Assembly (NCBI GenBank): GCA_963841735.1
Contig: CAWJDT010000003.1
Location: 1-64,000, forward strand
Length of the DNA stretch: 64,000 nt
Direction: 5' to 3'
DNA from: an uncultured Actinomycetes bacterium
GTDB taxonomy: Bacteria > Actinomycetota > Thermoleophilia > RBG-16-64-13
Shown here: piece after piece, positions 34,063 to 44,499 of the stretch
How the letters are laid out: each line of letters opens with the position of its first letter
How positions within the stretch are numbered: the stretch's first letter is position 1
The notes under the pieces: model-generated
Database searches by the model: none
The model's input: the letters and a program-made list of their open reading frames with translations, nothing else
Told to the model about the DNA's origin: nothing
Translations under genes and position numbers: made by a program

Positions 34063-36619
34063 CTAGTCCGTTCCTTCCCCCATCCTCAACGCCGGCGAAA
34101 GCCAGCGGCAGGACGTCAACGAAGTTGTCCACGTACAGGATCTGCAGGCCCTTCTTGAGCTCAGCGTCAAGCTCTTCCACCTCCGGACGCACCGTGGCCG
34201 GCAGCACCACCGCCTCGCACGCCTTCGCGCAGGGCGGCCAGCAACTTCTCCTTGAGACCACCCACAGGTAGCACCTGCCCGGTCAGAGTGATCTCTCCCG
34301 ATAGGGCCACCTTGGGCAGCACCGGCACCTGCATCAGAGCGGACAGGAGCGCCGTGGCCACAGCGATGCCGGCCGACGGCCCTTCCTTGGGGACGCCGCC
34401 CTCGGGGAAGTGCATGCGCACTTCGAGGGCCGACAGGAGTTCGTGATCTGACGGCAGAGAGGGTTCGCATTCGGGCCCGTGAGCCTCCGGGCGGAATCCC
34501 GGCTCCGGAGCCTCCGTCTCGATAACCACGCTGACAGGAGTGCGTATCTCGCCCACCGTTCGCTGCCCGGCCCCGTCGTCGCCGGCATCGGGCTGCTGGT
34601 AGTTGTCCAGCAGATAGGCCCGGCCCGGCGAATCCAGCCAGAGGGCAGCCAACGCAGGGTCCCGCACCAGCGAGGTCTTAAGATATCCCCACGCCGCGGT
34701 GACGCTCTCCTGCATGATCTCGCCCAGTTGCCCGGTGAGGTGAAAGTCGCCCTTGCCAGGAGTCACCACGCACTCGATGCGCAGCACGTCTCCCCCGGCC
34801 CCGGTGTAGGCCAGGCCAAGGCTCACGCCCACCTGCGGCTCAGTGCCCAGGCGAGCCGACAAGAAAGGTGCCGGCCCCACCAACCGGCCCAACATGCTCG
34901 GGCCCACCTTGCGGGGCATGGTCTTGCCCTCCACCTTCATGCGGGCCAGGCGCCGGTAGACCTTGCCGATGAGCCGGGCCATCTCGCGCACTCCCGCCTC
35001 GCGGGTGTATTCGCGTATGAGCAGGCGCAGAGCCGCTGGGGTGAACACGTTGCCCAGGTCGCCCAGCCCGCTCTCCTCGGCGATCTTGGGAACCAGGTGC
35101 CGCTGCGCTATCTCCCGCTTCTCCCGGTCGGTGTAGCCGGGCAGGCGGATGATCTCCAGCCGGTCGTGCAGGGTCTCGGGGATGTCTTCTTCGTAGTTGG
35201 CCGTGGCGATGAAGAACACATGCGAGAGGTCGTACTCCAACTCCAGGTAGTTGTCCCGGAACGTCCGGTTCTGCACCGGGTCGAGCACTTCCATGAGCGC
35301 CGCCGCCGGGTCGCCCCGCCAGTCGGCCTCCATCTTGTCGATCTCGTCGAACACCACCACCGGGTCGTCCACCCCGGCCCGCTTAAGAGCGTCGATGATG
35401 CGACCGGGCATCGCGCCCACGTACGTGCGGCGATGACCGCGGATCTCACCCTCGTCGCGCACCCCGCCCAGGCTGATGCGCTGCAGCGGACGGTCAAGGC
35501 CCTTGGCCGTGGCCATGGCCACCGAGGTCTTGCCCACCCCGGGCGGTCCGACCAAGCAGAGGATGGCGTTGGGAGGCGTGCCGCCCCGCAGGGAGGCGAC
35601 GGCCAGGTATTCGATGATGCGGTCTTTTACGCTCTTGAGCCCGTAGTGGGTCTCGTCGAGCACCCGGGCCACCGCGGCCACGTCGGGGACGGCCGATCCG
35701 GACCTCACTCCCCAGGGGAGGCCCAAAGCCGTATCCAGGTAGGTCTTGGCCACCGCCACCTCGGCCGAAAGCGGGGGCAGATCGCCCAGGCGCTTGATCT
35801 CTTTGGTGAGCGCCGCGGCGGCCGCCTCCGGCAGCTTCTTCTCCTCGAGTTGCCGCAGATAGGCGCCGCGGTCGCTGTCTTCCTCGCCCTCTTCGCCCAG
35901 CTCCTCCTGCAGGACCTTCAGGCGTTCGTGCAGGAAGGCCCGGCGCTGCTGACGCTCGAAGCTGTCGTGCACCCGCTCGGATATCTCGTTCTCGAGCGCG
36001 ATGAACTCGTTCTCCTGGATGAGGGTCTCGAGCAGCAGAAGCAGACGGGCCTCCGGCTCTTCGCCTTCCAGTAGGTCCTGCTTGCGATCGGGGCCGATCA
36101 CCAGGTTGGACGCCACGATATCCACCATCTCGTCCGGGTCGGTGACCACCTCCAGCGCCGTCTCGGCCTCCTCCGGCAGTTGCGGGGTCTGGCCGACATA
36201 GCCCGGCGAACTCCCGGGCGACAGAGTCCATGAGCGCCCGGAGACGTAGCCTGCCACCCGGCGGGTGCGCTAGGCACGGGGGTGTAGTGCACGATGAAGA
36301 ACGGCGCCGACGACTCGTAGGCGTCGATGGTCACCCGCTCCTTGCCCTCTATGAGGGCCTTCAGGGTGCCGTCGGACAACCGGGAGAACTGCACCACCTT
36401 GGCCAGGGTGCCCACAGGGTGGATGTCACCCGGCTCGGGGTCGTCGGTCACCGGGCTACGCTGAGCGGCTATGACCAGCAGGCCACCGGACTGCTGGGTG
36501 TGTTCCAGCGCCCGCACGCCCTTGTCCCGCTCGACGAAGATCGGCGCCAGCATGCCGGGGAATAGCACAAGGTCACGCGTGGCCAGGAGCGGGACTGCCC
36601 GCTGAGTTTCAACCATCAA
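34063..36619 (-). CDS. lon: ATP-dependent Lon protease (frameshifted; stop approximate)
   Basis: PLLATRDLVLFPG, HYGLKSVKDRI, CLVGPPGVGKTS, GHRRTYVGAMPG, DEIDK, PKEGPSAG, VGGLKEK. Confidence 0.95.
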
Positions 36620-36664
36620 TCCGTCCCATCCTCGGCGGCCGTAGGTTCATCTCGAATCGAGTCG

Positions 36665-37937
36665 CTATGCGGATTCTTGATCCAGCTCCAGGTCCTCGTG
36701 CGCTGAGCTCGTCACCAGGGTGGGGTCGATCCTCTTCTCTATCACTTCCCGGGTGACCACGCACTTGGTCACGTCGCGCCGGCTGGGAAGATCGAACATG
36801 ACGTTCGTGAGCGCAGACTCGATGATGGAGCGCAGCCCTCGGGCTCCCGTCTCCAGCTTCAACGCGTGTGCAGCAATGGACTGCAGCGCATCCTTCTGGA
36901 ACACCAAGTCCACCCCGTCGTAGGCGAAGAACTTGCGGTACTGCTTCGAAAGCGCGTTCTTAGGCTCGGTGAGGATGCACACCAGGTCTTCCTCGCGGAG
37001 TTGGTGCACGTTGCAGATAACCGGCAGCCGGCCGATGAACTCGGGGATAAGACCGAAAGCGAGCAGGTCTTCTGGGAGCACCTTGGCAAACAGCTCGCCC
37101 ACGTCGCGCTGGGCCTTGCTCACTATCTCAGCCCCGAAGCCCATGCCCTTCTTGCCGATGCGCCGCTCGATGATCTTCTCCAGACCGGCGAAGGCGCCCC
37201 CACAGATGAACAGGATGTTAGTGGTGTCGATGGTGAGGAATTCCTGGTGCGGATGCTTGCGGCCGCCCTGTGGCGGTACGCTGGCTGTCGTGCCCTCGAG
37301 GATCTTGAGCAGAGGCCTGCTGCACGCCCTCGCCCGAGACGTCCCGGGTGATGGAGGGGTTGTCGGCCTTGCGGGCGATCTTGTCGACCTCGTCGATGTA
37401 GATGATGCCCGTCTCGGCCTTCTTGACGTCGAAGTCGGCCGCCTGGATGAGCTTGAGGAGGATGTTCTCCACGTCCTCGCCCACGTAGCCCGCCTCCGTG
37501 AGGGCGGTGGCGTCGGCGATGGCGAAGGGCACGTTGAGGATGCGGGCCAGAGTCTGCGCCAGAAGGGTCTTGCCACAACCGGTGGGCCCTAGAAGGAGGA
37601 TGTTGGACTTCTGCAGCTCGACGTCGCCTTCGTCGAGGGCAGCCATGTGCACGCGCTTGTAGTGGTTGTAGACGGCCACCGACAGCGCGCGCTTCGCCTC
37701 TTCTTGCCCGATCACATAGTCGGATAGGACCGTGTAGATCTGCTTGGGCTTGGGCAGATTGTCCAGGTCCAATGTTGGCGGCGGCGCGAACTCCTCATCG
37801 ATGATCTCGTTGCAGAGATCGATGCATTCGTCGCAGATATACACACCAGGTCCGGCGATCAGCTTCTTGACCTGACGCTGACTCTTTCCACAGAAGCTGC
37901 AGAGCAGCTGCTCGGACCCTCCCGGCGGCTTCGGCAC
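36665..37937 (-). CDS. clpX: ATP-dependent Clp protease ATPase ClpX (frameshift near 37315)
   Basis: CSFCGK..CDEC Zn finger, [40 protein letters not shown]. Confidence 0.97.
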
Positions 37938-37948
37938 GAGTCGACCCC

Positions 37949-38533
37949 CTACCTGTGCTCTAGTATCTTGTCGATGATCCCGTATTCGACCGATTCTTCG
38001 GCGGTCATGAAGTAGTCCCGCTCGGTGTCGTGCTCCACCTTCTCCATCGTCTGTCCTGTCGACTCGGAGAGTATCTCGTCCAGCCGCTTCCGGAGGCTGA
38101 GAGCTTCCCTGGCGTGGATCTCGATATCTGTTGCAGGCCCTTCGAAACCTCCCGATACTTGATGGATGAGTATCTTCGAATTCGGGAGAGCGTAGCGTTT
38201 ACCTTTGGCGCCGCCGGCCAGCAGCAGGGCCCCCATCGACATAGCGATGCCCACACAGATGGTGGAGACGTCGGGCTTGACGAACTGCATGGTGTCGTAC
38301 ACCGCCAGACCGGCGTAGACGTTGCCGCCGGGACTGTTGATGTAGAGCGAGATGTCCTTGTCAGGGTCTTCCGACTCCAGGTGCAGTAGCTGAGCCACCA
38401 CCAGATTGGCCACCTGGTCGTTGATGGGCGTGCCCAAGAAGATGATGCGCTCGCTGAGCAGGCGCGAGTAGATGTCGAACGCCCGTTCGCCTCTGCTGGT
38501 CTGCTCGACCACCATGGGAATGAGTGGACTCAC
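37949..38533 (-). CDS. clpP: Clp protease proteolytic subunit
   Basis: [46 protein letters not shown]. Confidence 0.98.
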   Translation of the reverse strand: MSPLIPMVVEQTSRGERAFDIYSRLLSERIIFLGTPINDQVANLVVAQLLHLESEDPDKDISLYINSPGGNVYAGLAVYDTMQFVKPDVSTICVGIAMSMGALLLAGGAKGKRYALPNSKILIHQVSGGFEGPATDIEIHAREALSLRKRLDEILSESTGQTMEKVEHDTERDYFMTAEESVEYGIIDKILEHR

Positions 38534-38570
38534 GTCCCCATCCTTTCTTCGCGGACTCATGCCCGCGAAC

Positions 38571-40109
38571 TCACTCGTCCGTGCCTGCTTCTTCAGCCGC
38601 CGGTGACACGTCGGCCGGCGCCGCGAGAGCCTCAGGCTCCGCGACCTCCGCCTCGGAGACCTTCTCCGCCTCGGCGGTCTTGGCGGTCTTCTTGACCGCG
38701 CCCGCGGCCTTCGCGGCCAGACTTGGCCGGCGTCTTCGCCGGCGTCTTGGCCGGGGCCTTGGCCGCCGTGGTGGCTTTCGCCGCCTTCTTGGCCGGTGCC
38801 GGCTTGGCCTCCGGAGCCACCGCCACCGCGCTCTTCACGATGAAGTCGACGGCCTTGTCGCGAACCAACTGCCCCTTGAGGCTCTCCAGCCGCCCGCTCT
38901 TGCGCAACCGGTTGATCAGCACCTTCGGGTCCACCTTGCCGCCGGCCGCCATCTGAGCCACAACCGCGGCGACCTCCTCGTCGGTGACCTCGAGCCCTTC
39001 CTCTGCAGCCACCGCGTCGAGCGTCAACTTCGTCTTCACATTGTTCGCCGCCTGAGGCTTGATATCCTCGAGCATCGCCTCGACGGTGATGCCCATGGCC
39101 TCGACGTACCCCTCCAGCGTGCCGCCCTGCTGCTCGATGGAGTTCTTGAAGTCGCCCATCAAGTCCTCGCCTCGGCGAGCACCACCACGTCGGGCAGGTC
39201 GATGGTGGCGTTGTCGGTGGCCTTCTTGACCAGCGTTGTCGCGGAACTGCTGCTCCACCGCATAGGCCTTGCCGCCGGCTGATCTTGCCGCGGATCTCCT
39301 GACGCAACTCGAGCAGAGTGGCGAACTCACTCACTTCCGGTGGCCCACTGGTCGCTGAGCGCCGGCAGCACCTTCTCTTTGATCTCCTTGAGCGTAAGCG
39401 CGAAATCCACCGTCTTGCCGGCAACTTCGCCGGGGAAACCCTCGGGGATCTCGAACGCGAAAGTCTTCTGCTCACCGGCGTTCATGCCCACCAGCTGCTC
39501 CGCCACGCCGGGGAACATGCGATCTCCACCGACCTCGAACACGTAGTCGTCGGCAGCGAGATCCTCCACCGGCTTGCCCTCGGAGGTGGCCTGGAAATCG
39601 ACAGTGACGAAGTCGCCCATCTGGGCGGCCCGGTCGCTCACCGGACGCAGCTCGGCCATCTCGTTCCGCAGCCGCTCCATCTGAGCGTCGACCTCGGCGT
39701 CCTCGACCTCGCCGGCTTCCTTGGGCACTTCGAGGCCCTTGTACTCGCCCAGCACCAGGTCGGGCATCACAGTGACGGTAGCCGTAAAGCCGAACGACTT
39801 GTCCAACTCGGGAGCATCTTCGCCGGCATCGATCTCAGGCCGGTCAACGGGTTCAAGCCCTAACTCAATGACCGCCTGGGAGTACCAGCCGGACATAGAC
39901 TCCTCCACCGTTTCGCCCAGCACATACTCGTCGCCCAGCCTCTGCCGCACCATTGCGATGGGCGCCTTGCCGGGACGGAATCCCGGGATGCGGACCTCGC
40001 GGGACAGTTGTTTCAAGCGCGCGTTGAAGGCCTCCTGCAGTTCTTCGCTGGAAACCTCGACCGCGAACTTGACCGTGTTTCCATCACGCTCACTGAGGGT
40101 CGTCTTCAC
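38571..40109 (-). CDS. tig: Trigger factor (frameshifted) with Ala/Lys/Pro-rich tail
   Basis: [10 protein letters not shown] signature, [12 protein letters not shown] domain; located upstream of clpP. Confidence 0.94.
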
Positions 40110-40146
40110 ATCGATCCTTTCTTCGCTCTGCTCAAAACTGTTCGAG

Positions 40147-40226
40147 TGCGGGTGAGAGGACTCGAACCTCCACGTCATAGACACATGCTCCTAAGGCATG
40201 CGCGTCTGCCATTCCGCCACACCCGC
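40147..40226 (-). tRNA. tRNA-Leu (TAG)
   Basis: GCGGGTGTGGCGGAATGGCAGACGCG..CTTAGGA..GGTTCGAGTCC..ACCCGCA with variable arm. Confidence 0.95.
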
Positions 40227-40238
40227 AGGTGCTCGAGG

Positions 40239-40312
40239 GGTGAACGACGGGACTCGAACCCGCAACCACTGGGACCACAACCCAGAGCTCCACCAATTGA
40301 GCTACGTTCACC
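40239..40312 (-). tRNA. tRNA-His (GTG)
   Basis: Encoded G-1, anticodon loop TTGTGGT, GGTTCGAGTCC, discriminator C. Confidence 0.95.
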
Positions 40313-40349
40313 ACGTTCTCCCTTCCGGCGACCTACGCCGGTGAGTAAG

Positions 40350-40423
<74 letters not shown>

Positions 40424-40462
40424 ACATCTACTCTCAGCCGCCGTAGCCAGGGTGGTTTGAAG

Positions 40463-40535
40463 AGCGGGCGACGGGATTCGAACCCGCGACAACCAGCTTG
40501 GAAGGCTGGAGCTCTACCAGCTGAGCTACACCCGC
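40463..40535 (-). tRNA. tRNA-Gly (TCC)
   Basis: GCGGGTGTAGCTCAGCTGGTAGAGC..CTTCCAA..GGTTCGAATCC. Confidence 0.96.
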
Positions 40536-40574
40536 CTGCACACCACCTGCCGCCCTGTCGCACTATCCTGACTA

Positions 40575-40651
40575 TGGTCGGGACGAGAGGATTCGAACCT
40601 CCGACCCCCTGCTCCCAAAGCAGGTGCGCTACCAGGCTGCGCCACGTCCCG
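40575..40651 (-). tRNA. tRNA-Pro (TGG)
   Basis: CGGGACGTGGCGCAGCCTGGTAGCGC..TTTGGGA..GGTTCGAATCC..ACCA. Confidence 0.96.
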
Positions 40652-40682
40652 TCGTCCGCATATCTCCGGCTTCGGCTGCCAG

Positions 40683-40688
40683 AGTATA
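40683..40688 (-). promoter_or_regulatory. -10 element for the tRNA cluster
   Basis: TATACT about 30 bp upstream of tRNA-Pro. Confidence 0.45.
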
Positions 40689-40825
40689 GCGTACCGGCCT
40701 GCCACTGAACTTCGGGCGCTTTGTGCATTACACTGACACTGCCACGATCGACCCGCATCACGCCCGTTTGGGCGCGCCGGAAGGCGCTCGTGATGCCGTC
40801 ACCGTACTGCCATCGAGGAGGATGG

Positions 40826-41761
40826 GTGAAAATACTGGTCACAGGAGGGGCGGGATTCATCGCCTCGCACGTGAGCGATAGGTTCGTCGCCTTGGGTCAC
40901 GACGTCAGCATCGTGGACAACCTGTCCACGGGCAAGAGAGAGAACCTGCCCCAAGCCGCCAAGTTCCACGAGATCGACATCCGCGACGAGGCCTTGAGCG
41001 GCGTGTTCGAGACGGACAGTCCCGAAGTGGTGATCCATCACGCGGCCCATGCCGACGTCACCCGCTCGGTGCGCGATCCCCTGTACGACGCCTCGGTCAA
41101 CGTTCTGGGCTCTCTTAACCTGTTGGAGTGCTGCCGGGCCCACGGAGTGCGCAAGTTCATCTATGCCAGCACCGGCGGGGCCCTCTACGGCGAACCCAAG
41201 TACATCCCAGCCGACGAGACCCACCCCATCGATCCACTATCGCCCTATGGCGTGAGCAAGCATACGGTGGAGCATTACCTGTACGCCTACCGGGTCAACC
41301 ACGGGCTGCAGTACACTGTGCTCCGCTACCCTAATGTCTACGGGCCCCGGCAAGATCCGCACGGCGAGGCCGGGGTGGTGGCGATCTTCGCCCTTCTGCT
41401 TCTAACGGGCAAGCAGCCGGTGATCTTCGGCGACGGCAGCAAGACCCGTGACTACTGCAACGTGGCCGACATAGTGGAGGCCAACGTTCTCGCCCTAAGC
41501 AGCCCGCTCAGCGACACCTACAATGTGGGGCGCGGCATCGAGGTGTCCGACCTCGAGGTCTTCGAGGCCGTGCGAGCGGCAGTGGGCTCCAAGACAGAAC
41601 CGGCATATTCCCCGGTGCGGCCGGGAGAGGTAGAGCACATCGCCCTGGACGCATCTAAGGCAGAGAGAGAGTTGGGTTGGAAATGGACAGTCGGACTGAC
41701 GGACGGCGTAGCGACGGCCGTAGACCATTACCGCAATACGATAGAGAGGACGGGGGCATGA
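40826..41761 (+). CDS. NAD-dependent epimerase/dehydratase (UDP-glucose 4-epimerase-like)
   Basis: KILVTGGAGFIASH, DNLSTG, ASTGGALYGE, SPYGVSK (YxxxK), RYPNVYGPRQ. Confidence 0.93.
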   Translation: MKILVTGGAGFIASHVSDRFVALGHDVSIVDNLSTGKRENLPQAAKFHEIDIRDEALSGVFETDSPEVVIHHAAHADVTRSVRDPLYDASVNVLGSLNLLECCRAHGVRKFIYASTGGALYGEPKYIPADETHPIDPLSPYGVSKHTVEHYLYAYRVNHGLQYTVLRYPNVYGPRQDPHGEAGVVAIFALLLLTGKQPVIFGDGSKTRDYCNVADIVEANVLALSSPLSDTYNVGRGIEVSDLEVFEAVRAAVGSKTEPAYSPVRPGEVEHIALDASKAERELGWKWTVGLTDGVATAVDHYRNTIERTGA

Positions 41762-42540
41762 GCAGAAAAGACCGACGCGACGGCGAGCGCCGCCCCAGTG
41801 AGCGCCGCGACAGCCAACCGGACGACGAAGGGCAGCGCCGTTCGAACGAGCCAAACCCCTTGGAGAGCGATTCTCTGACCGCACTAAAGGCCATCCTGGC
41901 CAAGGTGTCGGGTCTTCTGGAGCCACTGAGACTGAGCCCCGAGGAATCCATCCGCTTGGTGGAGCAGCTCTACGGCAGCGTCCTAGAGACCGACGTCAGA
42001 CTTGCCGGCGAGACCGACGACAGGCGCAAGTCCTCCATACTGGCGCACATCAACAACACCACGGTGACCCGCGGCGGCGACAACAGGATCGTGGTGGAGT
42101 ATCCGGTGCCGGCGGCCCCCAGGGCTGAGGCTCCCAGGGCCGAAGCGGCCAGCCCCGAGACACCCAGGCCCGACGCCCCTACCGGCGAGGCGACCCCAGC
42201 CGGGCGCCCCGCCGAAAGAGCGCCCCGCGAAAGCCCCGGTGCTGTAGCCGCCGGCAGCGCTTCTGCGGCTGAAGCTCCTGCAAGCGAGGCTGCCCCCCGC
42301 GAGGCGGCCCCCGCAGTGCGAGCGCCGGCCGAGTCAACCGCAACCGTTGCACCCGAGCAGACTACGCTGGACGTCCAGCCAAGAGCTCCAAGGCCTCCGC
42401 GGCCACGCGCAGCGGCGGCGCCCCGCCCAGCCGCGCCGCGCCCAACGGCGGCCCCAGATGCGGCCCCAGATGCGGCCCCAGATGCGACGCCGGCCGAGGC
42501 GACGAGCCAAGAGCCCGAGGCGGCCTCAGCGCAGGACTAG
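41758..42540 (+). CDS. Hypothetical protein: charged N-terminus, small helical core, long Ala/Pro/Glu-rich tail
   Basis: ATG overlaps the epimerase stop (ATGA); plausible ~85-aa globular segment. Confidence 0.65.
   Translation: MSRKDRRDGERRPSERRDSQPDDEGQRRSNEPNPLESDSLTALKAILAKVSGLLEPLRLSPEESIRLVEQLYGSVLETDVRLAGETDDRRKSSILAHINNTTVTRGGDNRIVVEYPVPAAPRAEAPRAEAASPETPRPDAPTGEATPAGRPAERAPRESPGAVAAGSASAAEAPASEAAPREAAPAVRAPAESTATVAPEQTTLDVQPRAPRPPRPRAAAAPRPAAPRPTAAPDAAPDAAPDATPAEATSQEPEAASAQD
42448..42483 (+). repeat. 12-bp tandem repeat (GCGGCCCCAGAT)x3 encoding (AAPD)3
   Basis: Three exact copies read directly. Confidence 0.9.
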
Positions 42541-42576
42541 TCAAGCTCCCAAGACTCCTTGCGGGTGGCGAAATAT

Positions 42577-42602
42577 TCACTCTGGCTGCGTGGCCAGAGT
42601 GA
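42577..42602. terminator. Perfect 10-bp hairpin between convergent genes
   Basis: TCACTCTGGC-tgcgtg-GCCAGAGTGA, followed by ATATTT on the minus strand. Confidence 0.55.
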
Positions 42603-42769
42603 CAACCGCGTTGGTGGTTTACCTCTGGTTTCCCGTGAGCTGCCGGATGAAATGTTCGTAGGACAGGGCCAAGAGGTAGTAGAGCCGCTCTGCGAGTGTT
42701 AGCAGTAGCGAGCCCCCGGACAACGACCGTGCGCTAGGTGGCAGCGCAGAGCCCACTACGCCAAAGCGG

Positions 42770-43306
42770 CTATTTCAGATGGCCCGGTGCGTTCTGGGAA
42801 TGGGAATTGCCATTACCGCCCGAATTGCTCGAGGAACCGTCCGCTTCGACTGTCTCGTCGCCGCCGACTTCGTCGTCAGCGTCGCCATCATCGTCGTTGA
42901 GGTCTCCGTCATCGCTGTCGCGGTGTCCCGGAGGGTCGACTATCGTGTCTGTGGTAGAGCCGGAGTGCTTGGCGGGATCCCAGCCGGGCACGTCTTTGCC
43001 CATGATGACGGCCGCCGGCGTGTGGTCACCCGCGTGCCTGAGCGCCGAGATGATCTGCCCGAAGGTCCCGTCCTCGAGGCCCGGTGTCTCGTCAGGATCC
43101 GGGGCCGAAGTAGTGTCGGTGGGAGGTTCCACGGTCGTGTCGGGTGGCAGCACGGTCACTGTGGTCGTCGTAACCTCCGCAGGCTGCGTGGTGTCCGTCG
43201 GGTCCTCGCCCACAAGGCCTGCCGCAGCACTCGCTGCACCAGCCGCTATCAGCGCCATGACAACGAACACTACTGCCGTGATGGTCATCTTCTTCCGTTT
43301 GCTCAA
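42770..43306 (-). CDS. Hypothetical exported Thr/Asp-rich protein
   Basis: AGGAG SD and TTG start, signal peptide KRKK-hydrophobic-ASA, Thr-rich linker, acidic C-terminus. Confidence 0.7.
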   Translation of the reverse strand: MSKRKKMTITAVVFVVMALIAAGAASAAAGLVGEDPTDTTQPAEVTTTTVTVLPPDTTVEPPTDTTSAPDPDETPGLEDGTFGQIISALRHAGDHTPAAVIMGKDVPGWDPAKHSGSTTDTIVDPPGHRDSDDGDLNDDDGDADDEVGGDETVEADGSSSNSGGNGNSHSQNAPGHLK

Positions 43307-43388
43307 GGCCTTGTCTCCTCTACGCCTGCGCAAACTCTACACTCACAGTGTACTTCATCGACAGAGTATCGCAAACGCTGAATCAAGA

Positions 43389-44498
43389 TCAGAGCGCGCA
43401 CAGCGCGGCGTCCAGTACCCCGGCATCGGGCAGCGCGCGCAACTGTTCGATCTCGGGCACCGGCACCCCCGACGGCCGCAGGTACCAGCCGAGAAGTTTG
43501 ATCATCCAGCGAACGGCCCGCTCGGGGCCCATCTCCTCGACCACCAGGGCAAGGAGCCGGCGTAGGTCGGCCACCACTTCGGGCAGCGCCGGCCGGGCCG
43601 CGCTGGTCCCCAAGAGCAATTGGCCCACCAACCAGGGGTTCCCAGCGACGCTACGGGCGACCATCACCGCCGCCGCGCCTGTAGTCGCAACGACCGCCAG
43701 GGCGCTCGCGACGCTCGTCACGTCACCCGAGGCCATCACCGGGATGTCGACCGCGCGCACCACGGCCGCCGTGACGGCGTGGTCGGCGGTGCCCCGGTAA
43801 TACTCGCTGGCCGCTCGGGGGTGCAATCCCAGACCCTGCACACCCACGGCCTCCAGCCTGGGGGCCAGCGCCAGCGCCAGGCCATCGCCGGGCCGCAGAC
43901 CGCTCCGCAGCTTCACCGTGACCGGGATGCCCACCTCTGCCGCCACCCTCACCACCGCGGCCGCCACGGCGGCGGCCCGGTGGAAGTCACCCATCAGCGC
44001 CGAGCCGGCGCCGGTTTTGACCACCTTGCGCACCGGGCAGCCCATGTTGATATCCAGCAGGTCGGGCACGCGGGGCCGCGAGAGCACCACCTCGGCCGCC
44101 CGGGCCATGGCCTCGGGCGAGTCGGCGAAGAGCTGGACCGCGAGGGGCCGTTCTTCCTCGGCAAACTCCAGGTACTTGCCTGTGCGAACGTTGTGATACA
44201 TCAGGCCGTGGGCGCTCACCATCTCGGTGACCACCAGCCCGGCGCCGTGAGCCTTGAGGTGGCGGCGGTAGGCGGTGCTGGTGAGTCCGGCCATCGGCGC
44301 CAACACCACCCGGTTGGGGATGGCCACCGAGCCTATGCGGAAGGGGGTGGCAAGCGGCGCCGGGCTGTCGGGCGAAGCCGCGCCTCCCCCGCGCTCCGCG
44401 ATGGCTGGTAGGTCCGCGGCGCCCCCGGTGGGTGTGTCCGGCGCGCCCGCCGCGACCCAGCCCCCGCCGTCGCCCGCGAGCGCGTCCCAGACGCTCAT
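43389..44498 (-). CDS. dusB: tRNA-dihydrouridine synthase
   Basis: LAPMAG, TEMVSA, VQLF, DINMGCP, GAGSALM, VTVKLRSG, ASGDV. Confidence 0.9.
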   Translation of the reverse strand: MSVWDALAGDGGGWVAAGAPDTPTGGAADLPAIAERGGGAASPDSPAPLATPFRIGSVAIPNRVVLAPMAGLTSTAYRRHLKAHGAGLVVTEMVSAHGLMYHNVRTGKYLEFAEEERPLAVQLFADSPEAMARAAEVVLSRPRVPDLLDINMGCPVRKVVKTGAGSALMGDFHRAAAVAAAVVRVAAEVGIPVTVKLRSGLRPGDGLALALAPRLEAVGVQGLGLHPRAASEYYRGTADHAVTAAVVRAVDIPVMASGDVTSVASALAVVATTGAAAVMVARSVAGNPWLVGQLLLGTSAARPALPEVVADLRRLLALVVEEMGPERAVRWMIKLLGWYLRPSGVPVPEIEQLRALPDAGVLDAALCAL

Positions 44499-44499
44499 G

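Noticed and set aside
34430-34675. Intein in Lon
   Set aside because: Too short, and lacks the C/S start and HN-C/S/T end motifs.
37949-39475. Apparent 508-aa ClpP with a long N-terminal extension
   Set aside because: The extension is an off-frame reading of tig; clpP starts at GTG 38533 with its own SD.
42540-42772. Retron msr-msd or riboswitch
   Set aside because: There is no reverse transcriptase in the window, no downstream same-strand gene and no recognisable aptamer consensus; it is kept only as an unassigned candidate RNA.
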